A stretch of DNA of 64,000 nt from Negaprion brevirostris (lineage: Eukaryota), in the NCBI GenBank assembly GCA_030324005.1, contig JARDVH010000031.1:40950559-41014558 (forward strand), in the 5' to 3' direction. A program made the translations under genes and the position numbers. Under the pieces are notes generated by a model that made no database searches, was not told where the DNA came from, and saw only the letters and a list, made by a program, of their open reading frames with translations. Shown here piece by piece: positions 13,651 through 27,345 of this stretch (within the stretch, counting starts at the first letter, position 1; each line of letters starts with the position of its first letter).

Positions 13651-14896
13651 CGTTTTAGTTTTTACATGTTATAAATTTTACTTCCTCAGTGGATAGAACC
13701 ATTGGACAGAGAATCAAGATGGTCACCTCAAAGTGATTGGGGGAAAACCTGTCCAATTTAATTAGCTACTTATGGTAGTTGCTGGTCACTGATTGGCAGC
13801 TTGTGAGTGAAGTTGTGTTTGAAGGGATTTTTTAAAATAAGATTATTAATTTTTGAATGCTTTCACTATGGTCAACAGCTGCAAATCATTGTCTAACATT
13901 GCCCTATGAATACTAATGGACTATGGAGACTTTTGAAGCAAAATATAGAGTTTTAAAATTATATAGGTTTCCCTCACAGTTTGCATTAAAGTTCTTATAA
14001 TCTAATTTGAATCTGGCTTCGATGATGAACTGTAAATAAAAGACAATAGAAAATCCAGATCAGGATTCATCATAAGTTCAAAATGCTTCTGGAACATAAG
14101 TTGCACTATTTGTTTAAAAAAAAGAAAGAAGAAACCAATACTTGAATTCTACAATAAAAGCAAAAAGTGCTGGAATTACTCTGGTCAAAATAAAAGATTT
14201 GGTGAAGAGTTTTAAACAAAATGTTAATCTGCCAGTCATTCAAATACTGGCCACTTGATGCACACTTCCAGCATTTTTGTCTTTACTTCAAATATTTATG
14301 CAGTTCTTATGAATTTTTATGAATACAATTTAAAAAGTATAAACCCTTTTGTATCAAAGCTTGCCTGAGCAAATATTAAATGATTTGAACAGTGGTAAAC
14401 ACTAAATAATATCAGACTTTGGTAGATATACAAATAATATTTAAATGCCTAGAAAGCAGTTTCTATAAATTGTCTACTCATTGATTATGTGACACTAACA
14501 CAAAATGCAGACTGAAAGAATAGCTTCATAAATAATTACAAAAGCTAGCAATGATAAATGATAGTTAATATTTAAACTTCACCTATAACTTATACAAAAT
14601 AATGAAAAAGGGATTTTCAACATTTTACTATTCTGGGCCCTTCAATGGCAGGGCATGTGCAGGACCAGCATAAAGGATTATTTACCAATGCCAGACAAAA
14701 TAATGTGGCACCTATCAGCCTTCCTATGAATTCCAGTCTTGATCCTCTATTGTCCAAGTGTGAGTACAATAATTTGTACTTCTAAAGTGTCTTTAACAAA
14801 GTAATACATTTTACAAATAAAAATCAGTTTCAAATATGTCCAGCCATTATTAGTCTTGTCCACAAAGAAGCATTCAACTGTCCTAATCAGGTTTCA

Positions 14897-15176
14897 TGAT
14901 GTGGAGATGCCGGCGTTGGACTGGGGTAAACACAGTAATAAGTCTCACAACACTAGGTTAAAGTCCAACAGGTTTATTTGGTAGCAAAAGCNNNNNNNNN
15001 NNNNNNNNNNNNNNNNNNNNNNNNNNNNNNNNNNNNNNNNNNNNNNNNNNNNNNNNNNNNNNNNNNNNNNNNNNNNNNNNNNNNNNNNNNNGAAGGAGCA
15101 GCACTCTGAAAGCTAGTGGCTTTTGCTACCAAATAAACCTGTTGGACTTTAACCTGGTGTTGTGAGACCACTTACT
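14897..15176. mobile_element. palindromic Penelope-like (pLTR-derived) insertion with hammerhead-like core
   Basis: Inverted arms GTCTCACAACAC..GGTAGCAAAAGC and GCTTTTGCTACC..GTGTTGTGAGAC surround a gap. A 14-bp TSD CTAAT(C/T)AGGTTTCA is at 14883-14896 and 15177-15190. Confidence 0.75.
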
Positions 15177-16280
15177 CTAATTAGGTTTCACCAACCTTCA
15201 TATAGTTAACAACTTTAACAGAGAGAAAAAAAAACTATGGGATGGGCAAAACAAAATAGCAAAATGCATAGATTATTCTTGAAGCATCACTTAACACAGC
15301 ATGGTCAAAAGGTTAAGCCAGTAAGCTGCCCATGGTAGCAGGGCAACACATTATCCCACTTTATTAATGGTCACTTCATGAAGCTGCTTTAGTGGAACTT
15401 GCAGACAAGGCTGGGATATCAGGTGTTGCTGATACCCAACTAGGTCTTATCAATTATTATGTACACTATTGTCAAGAACTATATTTGAATGGCACAACTG
15501 ATGCAGATTTTTGTGAGTGCTGGATTTCACTCCTCCCCAGTATTTGTAAAAAGTTTGTTTGTTCTCAAACAGTGTCCACATTTTGGTGGAAATATAAAAT
15601 TAGTGATAAAGATGTTACCTAAAATAAATTTTATAACATTTGTAACCCACTTAAATCATTTACAATGCAGCAGGGTAAAAATTAAAACATATAAATTGGA
15701 AACTTGTTACCATGTAAAAGATGATTGGCATGTGCTGGGCTGACAATATTCAGTGTGCTGAGCAATGCAAATCTAAATAATTGGAACATTTTATGCTTGG
15801 ATCAGGACAGTACATTTAAATGCTATATTCTGCCTGGATCAGGAATATCATGCAAAACTGAAGAGGAGGCTGTGGTAACATTATAACTCTAAGATGGGAT
15901 ATGATGTATTCCAATCAGGAATAAACTGTATTTGAATTTTGACAAAATGCTTTCACAAAATCTTCAAAAAGGTTATGATATGGAACTTCAGCAGAACAGC
16001 ATCATTGTTCAGGCACTAAACAGCCGTCAGCACAACTGGCAAGGAGCAGGCATTCATTATTAGATAGAAGGGTGCAATGCACCACAATGATAAAAGCCAA
16101 GAAATCGGCCTACAGAGTATCTGCCTGAAAGACATTAAACTTGTGGTGTTTTGAGATTTCTGTTGCAAGACTGGCTTTCCCTGAGCAAGCTGGTTCTAAC
16201 AGCCTCTGCCCTGTTCCTAAATTTCTAGGCCCATATCCTAAAAGATATCAGCTGATACCACACGGTTATCAGAAGAAATA

Positions 16281-16775
16281 GGGCATGATTTTGCTTGAGG
16301 TTGGGGCACCAACACGGGGGGTCAAATGGGGTGACAACTTGATTGTGGGGAACAGTCATCTGACAATGATTTTCTCCAAATTGGTTAATTCATGATGAGG
16401 GCAGTTGCACTGTCCTTGGGCTCTCTTGGCTGGAGGCTTAATAGGAGGCCCTCCAGCACTGAAGAAGCAGCAGGCTGCCTAGAGAAAGAACACCTCAAGA
16501 TAGAGGTGCCTCTCTCCAACTTTTTACATTTTCAAATTTTGAAAATGTCCTCAGTAGCTGGATCAGCATTGTGGAGGGAGACATCTTTAAAACCTGCATA
16601 GAACACTCCCCCAATTACGATCTGCTGCTGAGATACTACCGCCAGGCAGCTGGCCTAGTTCCCCTTGTCCCCCAGTGTACCTCCATCCAGGGAGTAGTAT
16701 GGTATTGGTGGTACTGGCAAAGCAGTGAATCAGCTGACAGTGTGAGTTTTCTCTATCGGGGCTAAAAGTCCTGCT
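16281..16775. mobile_element. probable non-autonomous DNA transposon (MITE-like)
   Basis: A GC-richer island bounded by imperfect inverted termini GGGCATGATTTT / AAAAGTCCTGCT, of the GGGCnGAATTTT type seen repeatedly in the window. Confidence 0.45.
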
Positions 16776-17299
16776 GATAGTTTGAAGCCTTAATTTTGCA
16801 CATACAGTTTTCAGCTTGGGCAGGCTGAAAAGAAAAATGGAAATATAGGACATGATATTTTTTGACAAGACAGCAGAGTGGAAAAATGTGTTTTAGTTAA
16901 AATATTATTTTACATTTGAAAACTTTCTATATCAAACACATTGTAAAACAAGGACCCCCAAGCAATTTATAATTCTTTACTGCATGCCACAGTGGATCTT
17001 CGTTTATTCTTCCATTGCTAGTAAACCATTACCTGATCAGCAGATTGGGTATTGAAAAATCCTGGACAGCAGGTACAGTCGGAAGTGAAGGATGAACTTG
17101 CTCTAATGAGAAACAAATAGTTTTACTAATTTAAAAGCCAAAAACACAAATAGGACATATTGTTGGGAATTGGAATAAGTTTGTAAAAATGAAATGAAAT
17201 TATCTCCTTGGCAGTAAGTTGCAAAAACCAGTCTAAATCGGAAAATGAAATGAAATAAAATTAAATGAAAAATTCACATACAAAATCACTCACAAGAAT

Positions 17300-17305
17300 T
17301 TTATT
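17300..17305 (-). terminator. candidate distal polyadenylation signal (AATAAA) for the JAZF1-like transcript
   Basis: Minus-strand AATAAA is followed about 10-30 nt later by GU/U-rich GTGATTTTGTATGTGAATTTTT and preceded by AU-rich, UTR-like sequence. No transcript evidence. Confidence 0.3.
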
Positions 17306-18929
17306 AAACATGTAAAAATGTTTTACATAGACCATTTACAATATGTTTAAACAGAAGCATCCTTTAAGGCTTTATGTTTATAGGTCTCATTTGACCACAC
17401 ATTGTCATTTCATTGGCAATCATAATTTCTTTTTGGAAATAAATCTGTTTTGGTGCAAGTTCTTGATACAGACAAACACTGTAATAAGGCTTGACCATAA
17501 ATTTCTGCCAAAAGTTTTTAAAAGTTACAATAAAGGAATTGCATGACAACATAAGAGCAGCATTCAAACAAAAGTTCATTTTAGCAGCAATACAAAGTTA
17601 GTTCACTTAATCTGATCTATACTGGACAATTGACTACAGTGAAACACTGTTTGGTACAATACAGCTCACCAACACTGATATATAAATATCTGCATGCTTC
17701 CCTGATTATTTTGAATTGTCAATATGCAGGAATAGAAATTTAGCAGGACATTAGCCTGCAATTTGCCTTGTCTAGAATCAAAGAAACTTAACACTTCATT
17801 TAACAGTTAAACAGAAATAACGAGCAGTAATAAATTGTCAACATTTAGATTGATTGTAGACATGTACAATATTTGAAATACGATGGCGTATGACTAAAAT
17901 GAAAATTTAAACTATAGAAAGTCTCTAATCCATTTCTTATCTTCTTCCTCAGAATGCTCATGGGAAAGATCTGAACCAAATATTCAGCCTAGTTTAATAG
18001 CTAATGGAACAAAATTAAAACCAGAAACTTCAAAATGCAGAGTTTAAGTTTTAAAAGCACAATTTACATAGGCATTGCATTGTCCCATCTTCAGGATAAA
18101 TTTCAGTGCACTTAGTATTCTGGTAATAAGCTTGTGGAGTGAAGAAATATGAAAATCTATATGCTAGAATAAGCATTTCATATACATATTGTACAGGAAA
18201 TGTGTGCAATACTGGAAGACAATCTTGCAGTAGTATAATGTATGAATGTTAACTTTTGGAAAATCTTTAAAAAAACTAAAATGTCAAATGCGGGAATCTA
18301 AAATGATTCACACAACTGATTATTGTAAAGCTGACTTAAGTAAAAGATCAAAAACAATGCACTTATTGTCTAAAATGCACCTGTATTACCTTTAACAATA
18401 TGCAATATAGAAATGCTTCCACATGGAAATTCATCTTAAAATGGCATGATTACTTGGAGAAAATATCCATTAATGTCAGTGTGGAGATTTCAACACAACA
18501 TCAAAACATCTTTTCAGCCTTTTTAATGTTAATCAATAATTACAGAAAAAAAATGCTCACAAAAGAGACATTCAAAACACAGCTTTTTCTCAAAGCACAA
18601 TCATCAAAAATAGCAAGATATAAGGTGTCCTAAATAACATTTATTTCTCAACCAATATTGTCAAAAGCAGATTAACTAACCATTTAATTAAATCCAGCAC
18701 TATTTTAGAGATTGTGTGCAGAAACTGGCATGTTCTTTGCCTACAAGTGTGTCAACATTCCAGAAGCAATTCATTGGCTGCAAAATGTTTGAGGTATTGA
18801 GGACACAAAATGTGCTGTATAAACCCAAGTTCTTTGACAGTAACCAAAAAGAGAACAAATTTCCTTTCTAACATTTTCTTGCTACAAAGAGATTCCAAAG
18901 GAAAATTTGTATTGCATTATGAATTAGCT

Positions 18930-19530
18930 GTCAGCTTTGGTCCAGTGGTAGCACTCAGAAAGTTCTGAATTCAAATCCCACTCCAGACTTGAGTGTATAA
19001 TCCAGGCAAACACCTCGGTGCAACCCTGACAAAGTGCAGCATTGTCAGGAGTGTCTCTTTTGGATGATATGTTAAACTAACCTATCCCTCTTAGGTGGAC
19101 TTAATATGCCCATTGGCACAATACGAGAAAAAGCAGAAGAGTTATCCCTGGCACCCTGACCAAAATTCAACCATCAGCCAAAAATACTACACAAAAACCT
19201 GAATATAGGGTCAATATTTCATAGCTCTTTATGGGATCTTGCTGATATTACAACATTGACTATGGTTCAAAAAGTATTTCATTGGCTACAACATCGTTTA
19301 GGCTGTGTGAAAAGCACTACTGCTGAAATTTTGCTGGCCTTTAAGCCGCTACACACCCACCACAGATTTCCCAACAGCGAGAGGTGCGTTCAACAGAAAA
19401 TCCTATTGACAATGGGGGGACCATAAGATCCTGCCACCAGCAAGCAGCATACTGCTTCCCACTGCCGTGAAACACATTGCAGGGGAGAAGAATATTCTGT
19501 CCAATATAAATAAATGCAAATTCTTTTTCT
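18930..19530 (+). mobile_element. Deu-domain tRNA SINE (SacSINE/AmnSINE-like) with a MITE inserted in its tail
   Basis: tRNA-like head (TGGTCCAGTGGTAGCAC..TTCAAATCCC), Deu-like core GGATGATATGTTAAAC..GGTGGAC..CCCATTGGCAC, and an L2-type tail split at 19321-19502. Confidence 0.65.
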
Positions 19531-22500
19531 ATAACTCTTTTCTACAAACCTTTACAAGGGATACCAACTCAATGTTGCCAAGTTATACTTTTGAAAGTTA
19601 AGTATCCATAACTTAGTACACAAATTTAATTTATTGACTGCGACATTACTGACAAATTGGTCAGTTACATTAGAAATATAACAACTGCACCTGGTTAAAT
19701 AAATCTCTACCTGCATATTGGAAGTTATTTTCTCAAGTTTCATTTCTCCTTCCCAACCAAACGGCCCAAGGAGACAACTCTTTCCCCAAGTTAATGCCAG
19801 ATAATGAACTGTAATTGGACTTTCCCTCTATTTGTTTTTAGAAAATTCCTACATTCATTTAGCATTTGTATACACATCCAGTGAACTCAGTATGTCGAAG
19901 GCATGAAGCGAGGGTTGGGACTAAGCAAGAAAGCCTCATAACATTACTATCCAATTGCTGCATCAATGAACTACATTACCAGGATACGAATGCCAGCTAA
20001 TTTCTTTATATTCAAATACTATTTCAAAACATCATGCACAAAACAAACTCCCTGCTTAAGGCATATTTTCAAGACTGGCTGAAGAAAAGTCAGTCTTGCT
20101 GGAAAGGACCTCTTCTCGGCTTTTAAGAACTTGATGCCACAGATAGGTCACACCAGTACTTTCACATGCCGATAAAGATTTTACGCTTACTTTTTGAATT
20201 CACAGCAGTCAGTGTCAGATTTTATAATATTGAACAATATTATTACACCAATTAATTTAATCGGTGCAGATAATACCATTTTGGCAGATTGACCATTTAC
20301 AGATTGACACTGAATTTGGTAATTCTTAAAAACAAAATGAAATAAATCACTTCCAACTGCCAATTTGTAAAGGCCAAACCAAGCAGAAATGATCTTTAGC
20401 AATATCTCAGTTTTTGCAGGGACCAAATAAACTTGTTTCATTTATTTCAATATACAATCCAAGTGCACTGCAACTGCCTGTTTTTCAATATCTGCCTGCA
20501 CTCATAAAAAGTGGAAATACTAGTTATTGGTGCAGAGGTAACAGATGTTTTTATAACTTCTGGTAACTTAATAGGATATTTCCTTAACATTCAGTCAGAG
20601 AAACTTGAGATATTAGCCTGTAATAAAAATGCACATTTGAAAGAAATTCAGAACCGCAGTTTGAACGCAAGGATTATTTGCATTTAATGAAATGTAGCAT
20701 TATTTTACAAGAAACGTGTAGAGCTGTCATTATTTGAACAATTGAGTAAAAATTCAATGCTCTTTTGTTCGTTTCTAATTTTAAAAATTGGTAATAATGA
20801 GTACCAAACACATTGTGTGGACTATGTAAACCTGAAGGATTCTCTCCATTTGTTAATTCAGCTGTCCAATAGCACTGAGCTCAGAGAGCTACTTACTATG
20901 TCATCAATACTCAAAATTGAAATTTTTTTTATAAATTAAAAGAGTAAAGACTTCTTAACAATTGCACAATGCAGATTTGTCTCACAATTGACTACGTATC
21001 AGGAATTGTCAATTTAATCGATGCTTTAGTTATGATGGTAACCAACACTGAAGAAATTTTCAGTGCCCCAAGCTCTGGGGGAGATTAAGAAAGGGAAAAT
21101 ATACCTTGAACAGAGAGTCTCAAGAAAACTGAAAAATACACACACAAAATCAGCATTCAAAGTTAAAGTCAGAGGCAATCTTTAAAGTTAAACTTGCAAT
21201 ATTTAGGTTGGAATCAAGAACTCAAAACACGCTATTATACCATCTCCATGGAATGAGAATGTTTACACACAAACGTTCTGTATAAACGATTCAGAAAGCT
21301 TGAATAAAAAGATTATGATTTTCAAAAGTAAGAAAAAAATTGGATTCTGATCAATATATTGAATTCAGTTTTACTCAAGGTATGGAATGGATAATATTTA
21401 CACTTTTGGCACTCAGTGTCAGCATCAATCATCAGGTCAAGTACAACATGGATCAGATGCAGAGCNNNNNNNNNNGAGCAAGAACCTTTCTGTTCTGTCC
21501 AATTTCAGTACAGCACCACTTCGATGCCAACCACCTTTATAGTTTCCGAGTGACATCGGTCAGAGTTTGGCACAAATTGGCACTAAACTGGCAGTTTTAT
21601 GCTGTGGACCCACACCAACTAGAAAGTAGATTCAAACTTGTATTCAAATTTCAACAAGATTTTTTACTGCTTGTACAAAATGGAAGTTAAATTAGATCAC
21701 CAGACTAAATTTAACCCCAAAAAACGTGTGCTACATGAACAAATCATCCACATACTAATGAGGAAAATTTGAAAGTACTAAAAATTAAAATGAAGTACGT
21801 ATATTACCAAGTAATTAAAACAGTGCTGGTACAAGCAGTAAAGGGTCATCATGAACAAAAATATTTCTTTTACAGCTTCTTGTGTTTGCAGGTCAGGATG
21901 CTTTTGCATTGAAGTATTGTTAGAATAACCCACTTAACATTATGTAGAAAATAAAAGTTGCCACTACAATCCTTCTTCAAATGATTCCAGTGTCTAAGTC
22001 ACAAAAACTTAATTAAGATTTGTTGAAGCCAGATTTCTTAACATTAAATATCCATTGCTACAAGAAGACATGTAATGGTTTCCATCTTAATGTCAAAAGA
22101 AAGATGTTGAGAGTGACAAGATTTCCCTTTGATTTTGATTTTTCAATATTGGGCCATGAGCAATGCCTTTGGGGAGCAACTCCTTTGCCATTTGGCTGTA
22201 AACTAGAAGTTACAATGGAGCAGTGTAGTCCAGGGTAATACTCTACCCTTTTAACTATTGAATTTAGCTCCTGTGTTAGCATACGAATTGCAAATTCACC
22301 TCCCTATCTGGCTATTCACTTTCTTGGGATATTTGGTGTAGAACCAGCGAATGTCACCTAGGCATGGTCTAGTCTTTTACCATATGTCATGCAGTCTAGC
22401 ATGCGTGTAATCTATTCCTGCCTCAGCAGGACGTCACGGCCAACTGCGTCATGACAGGTGCTGCAGCAGTAAACATACTCTCGGCACTACAAATTTGGTT

Positions 22501-25500
22501 GGGATTAACTATCACTCTTGCCTAGTATCTTTGGCTGTCAATTAACACTGCAAAATTAATTTCAAAATCTTGATGAGAAATGGAAGGGTGAATCCCAGTA
22601 CTATATTAGAGGTGAATTTCTAAATAAGTTCATTGATCATTCACTGCAGTTCAATTACCTATGGCACATGAAACAAAATTAAAGTGGCGTTCGGAAGAAC
22701 ATCCATGGAAATTCAACCCCCATCTCTAAAGGCTGTTCAGTCCTGCTCCCAAAGTGCTACATTTCAGTTAGTGTAATATAGAAAATGGAGGAGAACAGTT
22801 GTATATTTAGGTAGTTGATCCACCAAGTAAAACAAAACTAAAATAATTCACCTTTATGCATTCAACACTAAATTCAGATTATTCATTAATCTTTCCAAAT
22901 GGTTGAAGTTTAGAGAAGGAAGGAGAATCATTCCAGGAATTAGTTGCTAATAACCTAGCAAAAATCGTGAAATTTAGTTGGCAGCACATATTGTTAAGCA
23001 CATCTGTAATTTGGTTATGGGTTCCTTTTGTACTAGGTACATTACACTGAGTGAAGCATTGGAAATTACTTTAAATTACTACAGAATGAATAAATAGCAG
23101 CAGCCACAAAGATGTAAATATTTTTCTCAAATATAAGAGCTCTTTAAATCAATCTTTACAATATACGTGTAGCATTTTTCTGTAATTCATTCCTGGAATG
23201 TGAGCATTACTGGTAGCGCTGGAATTTATTACCCATCACCAGTTGCCCTAAAAAGACTACGGCTGTCTTCTTGAATCATTGAAATCTATAATGAAGGTGA
23301 TCTATAACATTCAGAGCTAAGGAGATCTAGTCATCCACTTCATTGGCACAACTTGGCAGCTTGTAAGTCCTCTTCAGAGTTCAGTAAAATTAAACCATGT
23401 TGAGGTGGGATTGGAATCATATATAGGCCAGATCATAAAATCTCTACAGTGCAGAAAGGCCATTTGGCCCACTGAGCCTGCATTGACAACAATCCCACCC
23501 AGGCCCTGTGTTTGTAACCCCACTTATTTACCTTGCTAATCTTTCTGATACTAAAGGCCAATTTAGTATAGCCAATCAACCTAACCTACACATCTTTAGA
23601 CTGTGCAAGGAAACTAGATCCTTTAAATGTGTGCTAATTTTTGCATTGAACATAATTATTTTAGTGCTCTGTTCTAAAAATAAGCAGAATATGTTTAGTT
23701 CTATAAATACGTGGTCTGAAGAAAGGTCATCAACCTGAAATGATAACCCTGTTTCTCTTGCCAAATGCTGGCTGACTGAAGTGCTCCCAGCATTTTCTAT
23801 GTTTATTGCATAAACCCAATGCTGTCTTCCTGTGTTTACTGTACTATGTCAACTGTTAATTACTGAGAATCTATATTGTGGCTACAAAGTGATTACCTTT
23901 CTAAAACCATGAAGAAGAAACACTTTTCCCAAGCTCCGAAAAGCAATTTATCTATTTTCAGAGAATTTATATTGCTATCATTCCAGATACTGTCATTAGT
24001 AACTGGAGATGCAACCTTCATTAAGTGTTGGGCTAAATATAATACAATTTCATTTTAAAAAAAATCTAATTTAATAATCCAACCGTTCTCACCACCAACA
24101 CCCGCATCCCCACCCCAAAAAAGGTTAAATTAATCCTAATCATTAGAAATACGTATGAGCTCAAACAATATTTTTTTCTGGGATAATCAAATTCAATATT
24201 TTCAAAATTGAAATAGAAACAATAGTCTCTATTCATGGCTCCACAATTTAGCCTGTTATTTGAGAGGGTTTTTTGTGTGCAGGAGAATCCAAGGTACAGT
24301 ACAAAACCTGAGTGTACAGCTTTTTCAGCAACTTTCAGCCATCTGTTGCTCAATACCTGATATGCATATTTTACAATTCAGGCCACTTCCACTCACTGTA
24401 TCCCTTAGAGGACTCAGCTGTATTCTGGGATCAGAATTAAACTTGAGATTTTTCAAAGGGCTGAATTATAAAGAAAGTATGAAATGTAAATGTCAAAGAT
24501 ATGTACATTTTTAAATGTAACTGAATTAATAAGGTTTTTGTTCCACTATAGTGTTTCACCTGACTGCATCTCTCCCCTGTCTTCGTCTAGCCTTTATTAA
24601 AGAACAGCATTTTTTCCTAGATGAAAAAAGATTTATCTTAGTAGGGATTAACATCACAGATCTGAATCAAGTTATGTGCAATCTAAACTTCTCAATCCAG
24701 CAATTGACAAGGAATTAAAATATTCAAGTCAGTGTTTCTGCTATTATGTAATAGTGATTTCATTTTCTAATATATATATTAATGCTCTGAGACTTCAATT
24801 TTTAAAACATATTTGATTAAAAATGACATTGGTGTGCACCTATATTAAAACGCAAGCATGGGATGCACTGCGTTGAACCAATCAATACTTGTTACTTATC
24901 GGTTTTAGTCCGTTTAGGAATGGTAGAGAATTGGAAGGTTTTCTAGTGCAGGTAACAGTAGTTGGGAAAAACTGTACGTACATTCAAAAGACACTTTCAA
25001 ACCCCAGCTTTGGCTGTCTTTTGACCTCTGCTACCCTCTATGGGTGAGTTTTGCCAAATGTCAGCAGAGCTGTTTTAGTTCACTTTGCAGGATTGGTGAA
25101 TTCCACTGACAATATAGGTGGAAAGAAGATAGCCAGAAGACACCTCTGAAGGAAGACAGCCAGAAGATACCTCTAGTCTCCAATAACAAAGTCACATTTG
25201 CATCCATTAAAGTATGCAAATTGTTATTCTCTTCTCATTTGTAAAAATGTGAAAATTGGATGGAGGGAAGAGAACACAATATATAGGGCACATATATTCA
25301 GGTCAAGTTTTCTCATTCTATAATATAATATTTAGTACATAAAAAATATTTAACAGCCAGCAGCAGTATCACGTGTTTTAGAATTTGAACATGTATTTCT
25401 GATTCTTCTTTAAGGCCTCCACAAAATCTCAATAATGGCCAAATTTTAGACATTATTGTGAAAGCTAGAATCTGTGAACCATTCCATGGTATTATAATTT

Positions 25501-27168
25501 AAAAAGCTGTAGGGTGATAGGGCAATACTTGTTGTTGGTTCAACATTTTTTTTAAAAAGAGGGAATAGAAAGTAGCAGCAGCTGGAATTGTACATCTTTT
25601 CTTGCACAGATCATAATTAATTCTGTAAGTCAGGGCACATCTTCAGTTTCTAAACTATGGAAATCGAGTCTTTAAAACCCTCAAAAGTGCACGGTACTGT
25701 AATACTGTATTATAAAAACAGAACTGGGTCAGTATTGTGTCTTAGGCAGGCATCCAAAAAACTAACCAAATTACAAGGCTTAACTTGCTGACAACAGTTT
25801 TTTTTAATGAAACTGTACATTATTTAGCTGTAAACAGGCTAACCTTATGTAGAGGCATATGGTGCACATGCTTCTTTAATTAAAGATACGTACTGATTTA
25901 GAAAGCTAAAGACCACATATGTCTTAAGAAATTAAGTATTTCCTAAGCTGTGAACAATGATTACTACATTCAGTTTTACACATCTTTATTAACTACATAA
26001 CTAGTGTGGTCATTCCTTCTCTAATTTAATGACAACAGTCACTAACAATGATATCCTGTGTGAGATTACCAGATCAAATAAATCTAATTACCAATTATTT
26101 AACGTCAGAATCTGTCTATGTTCCAAATTTAGACTGTTCATTGAGACTTTTCGAATTTATTTTCTTCGAATGTAGGGAACAGGAGTTTGGAATGATTTTG
26201 TATCAACTGTCAATGCTACCCATGATATTTTTTATATACTCTTTCTTTCTTGGGATGTGGGCTTTGTTGGCTAGGCCAGCATTTATTGCCCATTTCTACC
26301 GATAGGTCAGAGGATTACTCCTACAAGCCTCATACTTCCACNNNNNNNNNNNNNNNNNNNNNNNNNNNNNNNNNNNNNNNNNNNNNNNNNNNNNNNNNNN
26401 NNNNNNNNNNNNNNNNNNNNNNNNNNNNNNNNNNNNNNNNNCCCCCCCCCCCCCCCCCCCCCCCCCCCCCCACCCCACCCCACCCCACCTTCCAAATGAA
26501 CCTTGATAATCCAACACAGCTCAACACTCAAATTAGTGGTATAAGACAAGCAAGTCAGTTAGGGTACTTCCCCCACATCAAATTAGGCTGCTAATCTACA
26601 AATTACAGTGGCAAATGCATTTTGCATTAATTTGGACCTGTAAGTATAGCAGCACTGCAGTACACAGCCAAAGAGAGTTTTCAAAAAAGTTTTAGGATAC
26701 AATAAAAAAAAACTATTGTATAGTCAATTTTAATTTGTGACCTAAAATTGCATAATGTTGAATAATAAAGAAAAAGTGCTTTTAGAAGCACTGAAATCAT
26801 TTAAAGTACTTTCCCTGGAATTCAAAATGATATTTAAAATACTGTTATCTAATTTCTTAGCAGCATTTGATGCCATTATGGGAACACAATCTTCCAACTA
26901 TAATGTTTATTTCGTAGAGAAACAATTCACTTAAGATAACAATAAGGAATAGTTTCCCCCAAGATCTGTAGCAATGAATCTTGAGAAAAATATAATTCTC
27001 TTTANNNNNNNNNNNNNNNNNNNNNNNNNNNNNNNNNNNNNNNNNNNNNNNNNNNNNNNNNNNNNNNNNNNNNNNNNNNNNNNNNNNNNNNNNNNNNNNN
27101 NNNNACTCACTCCTGTTAGAACACAGAGTCTGCAATTAGCAGATCAGTCAGGAGAAGGGTACAATGCA

Positions 27169-27345
27169 TCACAACTGCATCTTTCTAAGCATATCAACTG
27201 ACACTGGTGGATGAAAGGTAATGGTGTGATGACGAAGCCCATGAGCAGTCTTATAGCTCTTTCCACAGCGACACTTGAAAGGCTTCCGGACACGGGTTTG
27301 AGTACGATGGCCATTCTTGGCATGGTATTTGATTCCATTAACATT
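27169..27345 (-). CDS. JAZF1: JAZF1-family gene, terminal coding exon 5 (177 bp including TGA)
   Basis: tttctgttag|AATGTTAATGGA... translates NVNGIKYHAKNGHRTQTRVRKPFKCRCGKSYKTAHGLRHHTITFHPPVSVDMLRKMQL*. It completes finger 2 and contains finger 3. The stop TGA is at 27169-27171. Confidence 0.95.
   Translation of the reverse strand, partial: NVNGIKYHAKNGHRTQTRVRKPFKCRCGKSYKTAHGLRHHTITFHPPVSVDMLRKMQL

Noticed and set aside
25126-25175. Short direct repeats as a CRISPR-like array
   Set aside because: Only two ~27-bp copies without spacers, in a vertebrate context. This is ordinary slippage duplication.
26442-26489. Poly-C/CCCCA tract (poly-Pro/Gly ORFs, possible G-quadruplex on the transcript strand)
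   Set aside because: It abuts an N-gap, so homopolymer length is unreliable. The ORFs are low-complexity artefacts.
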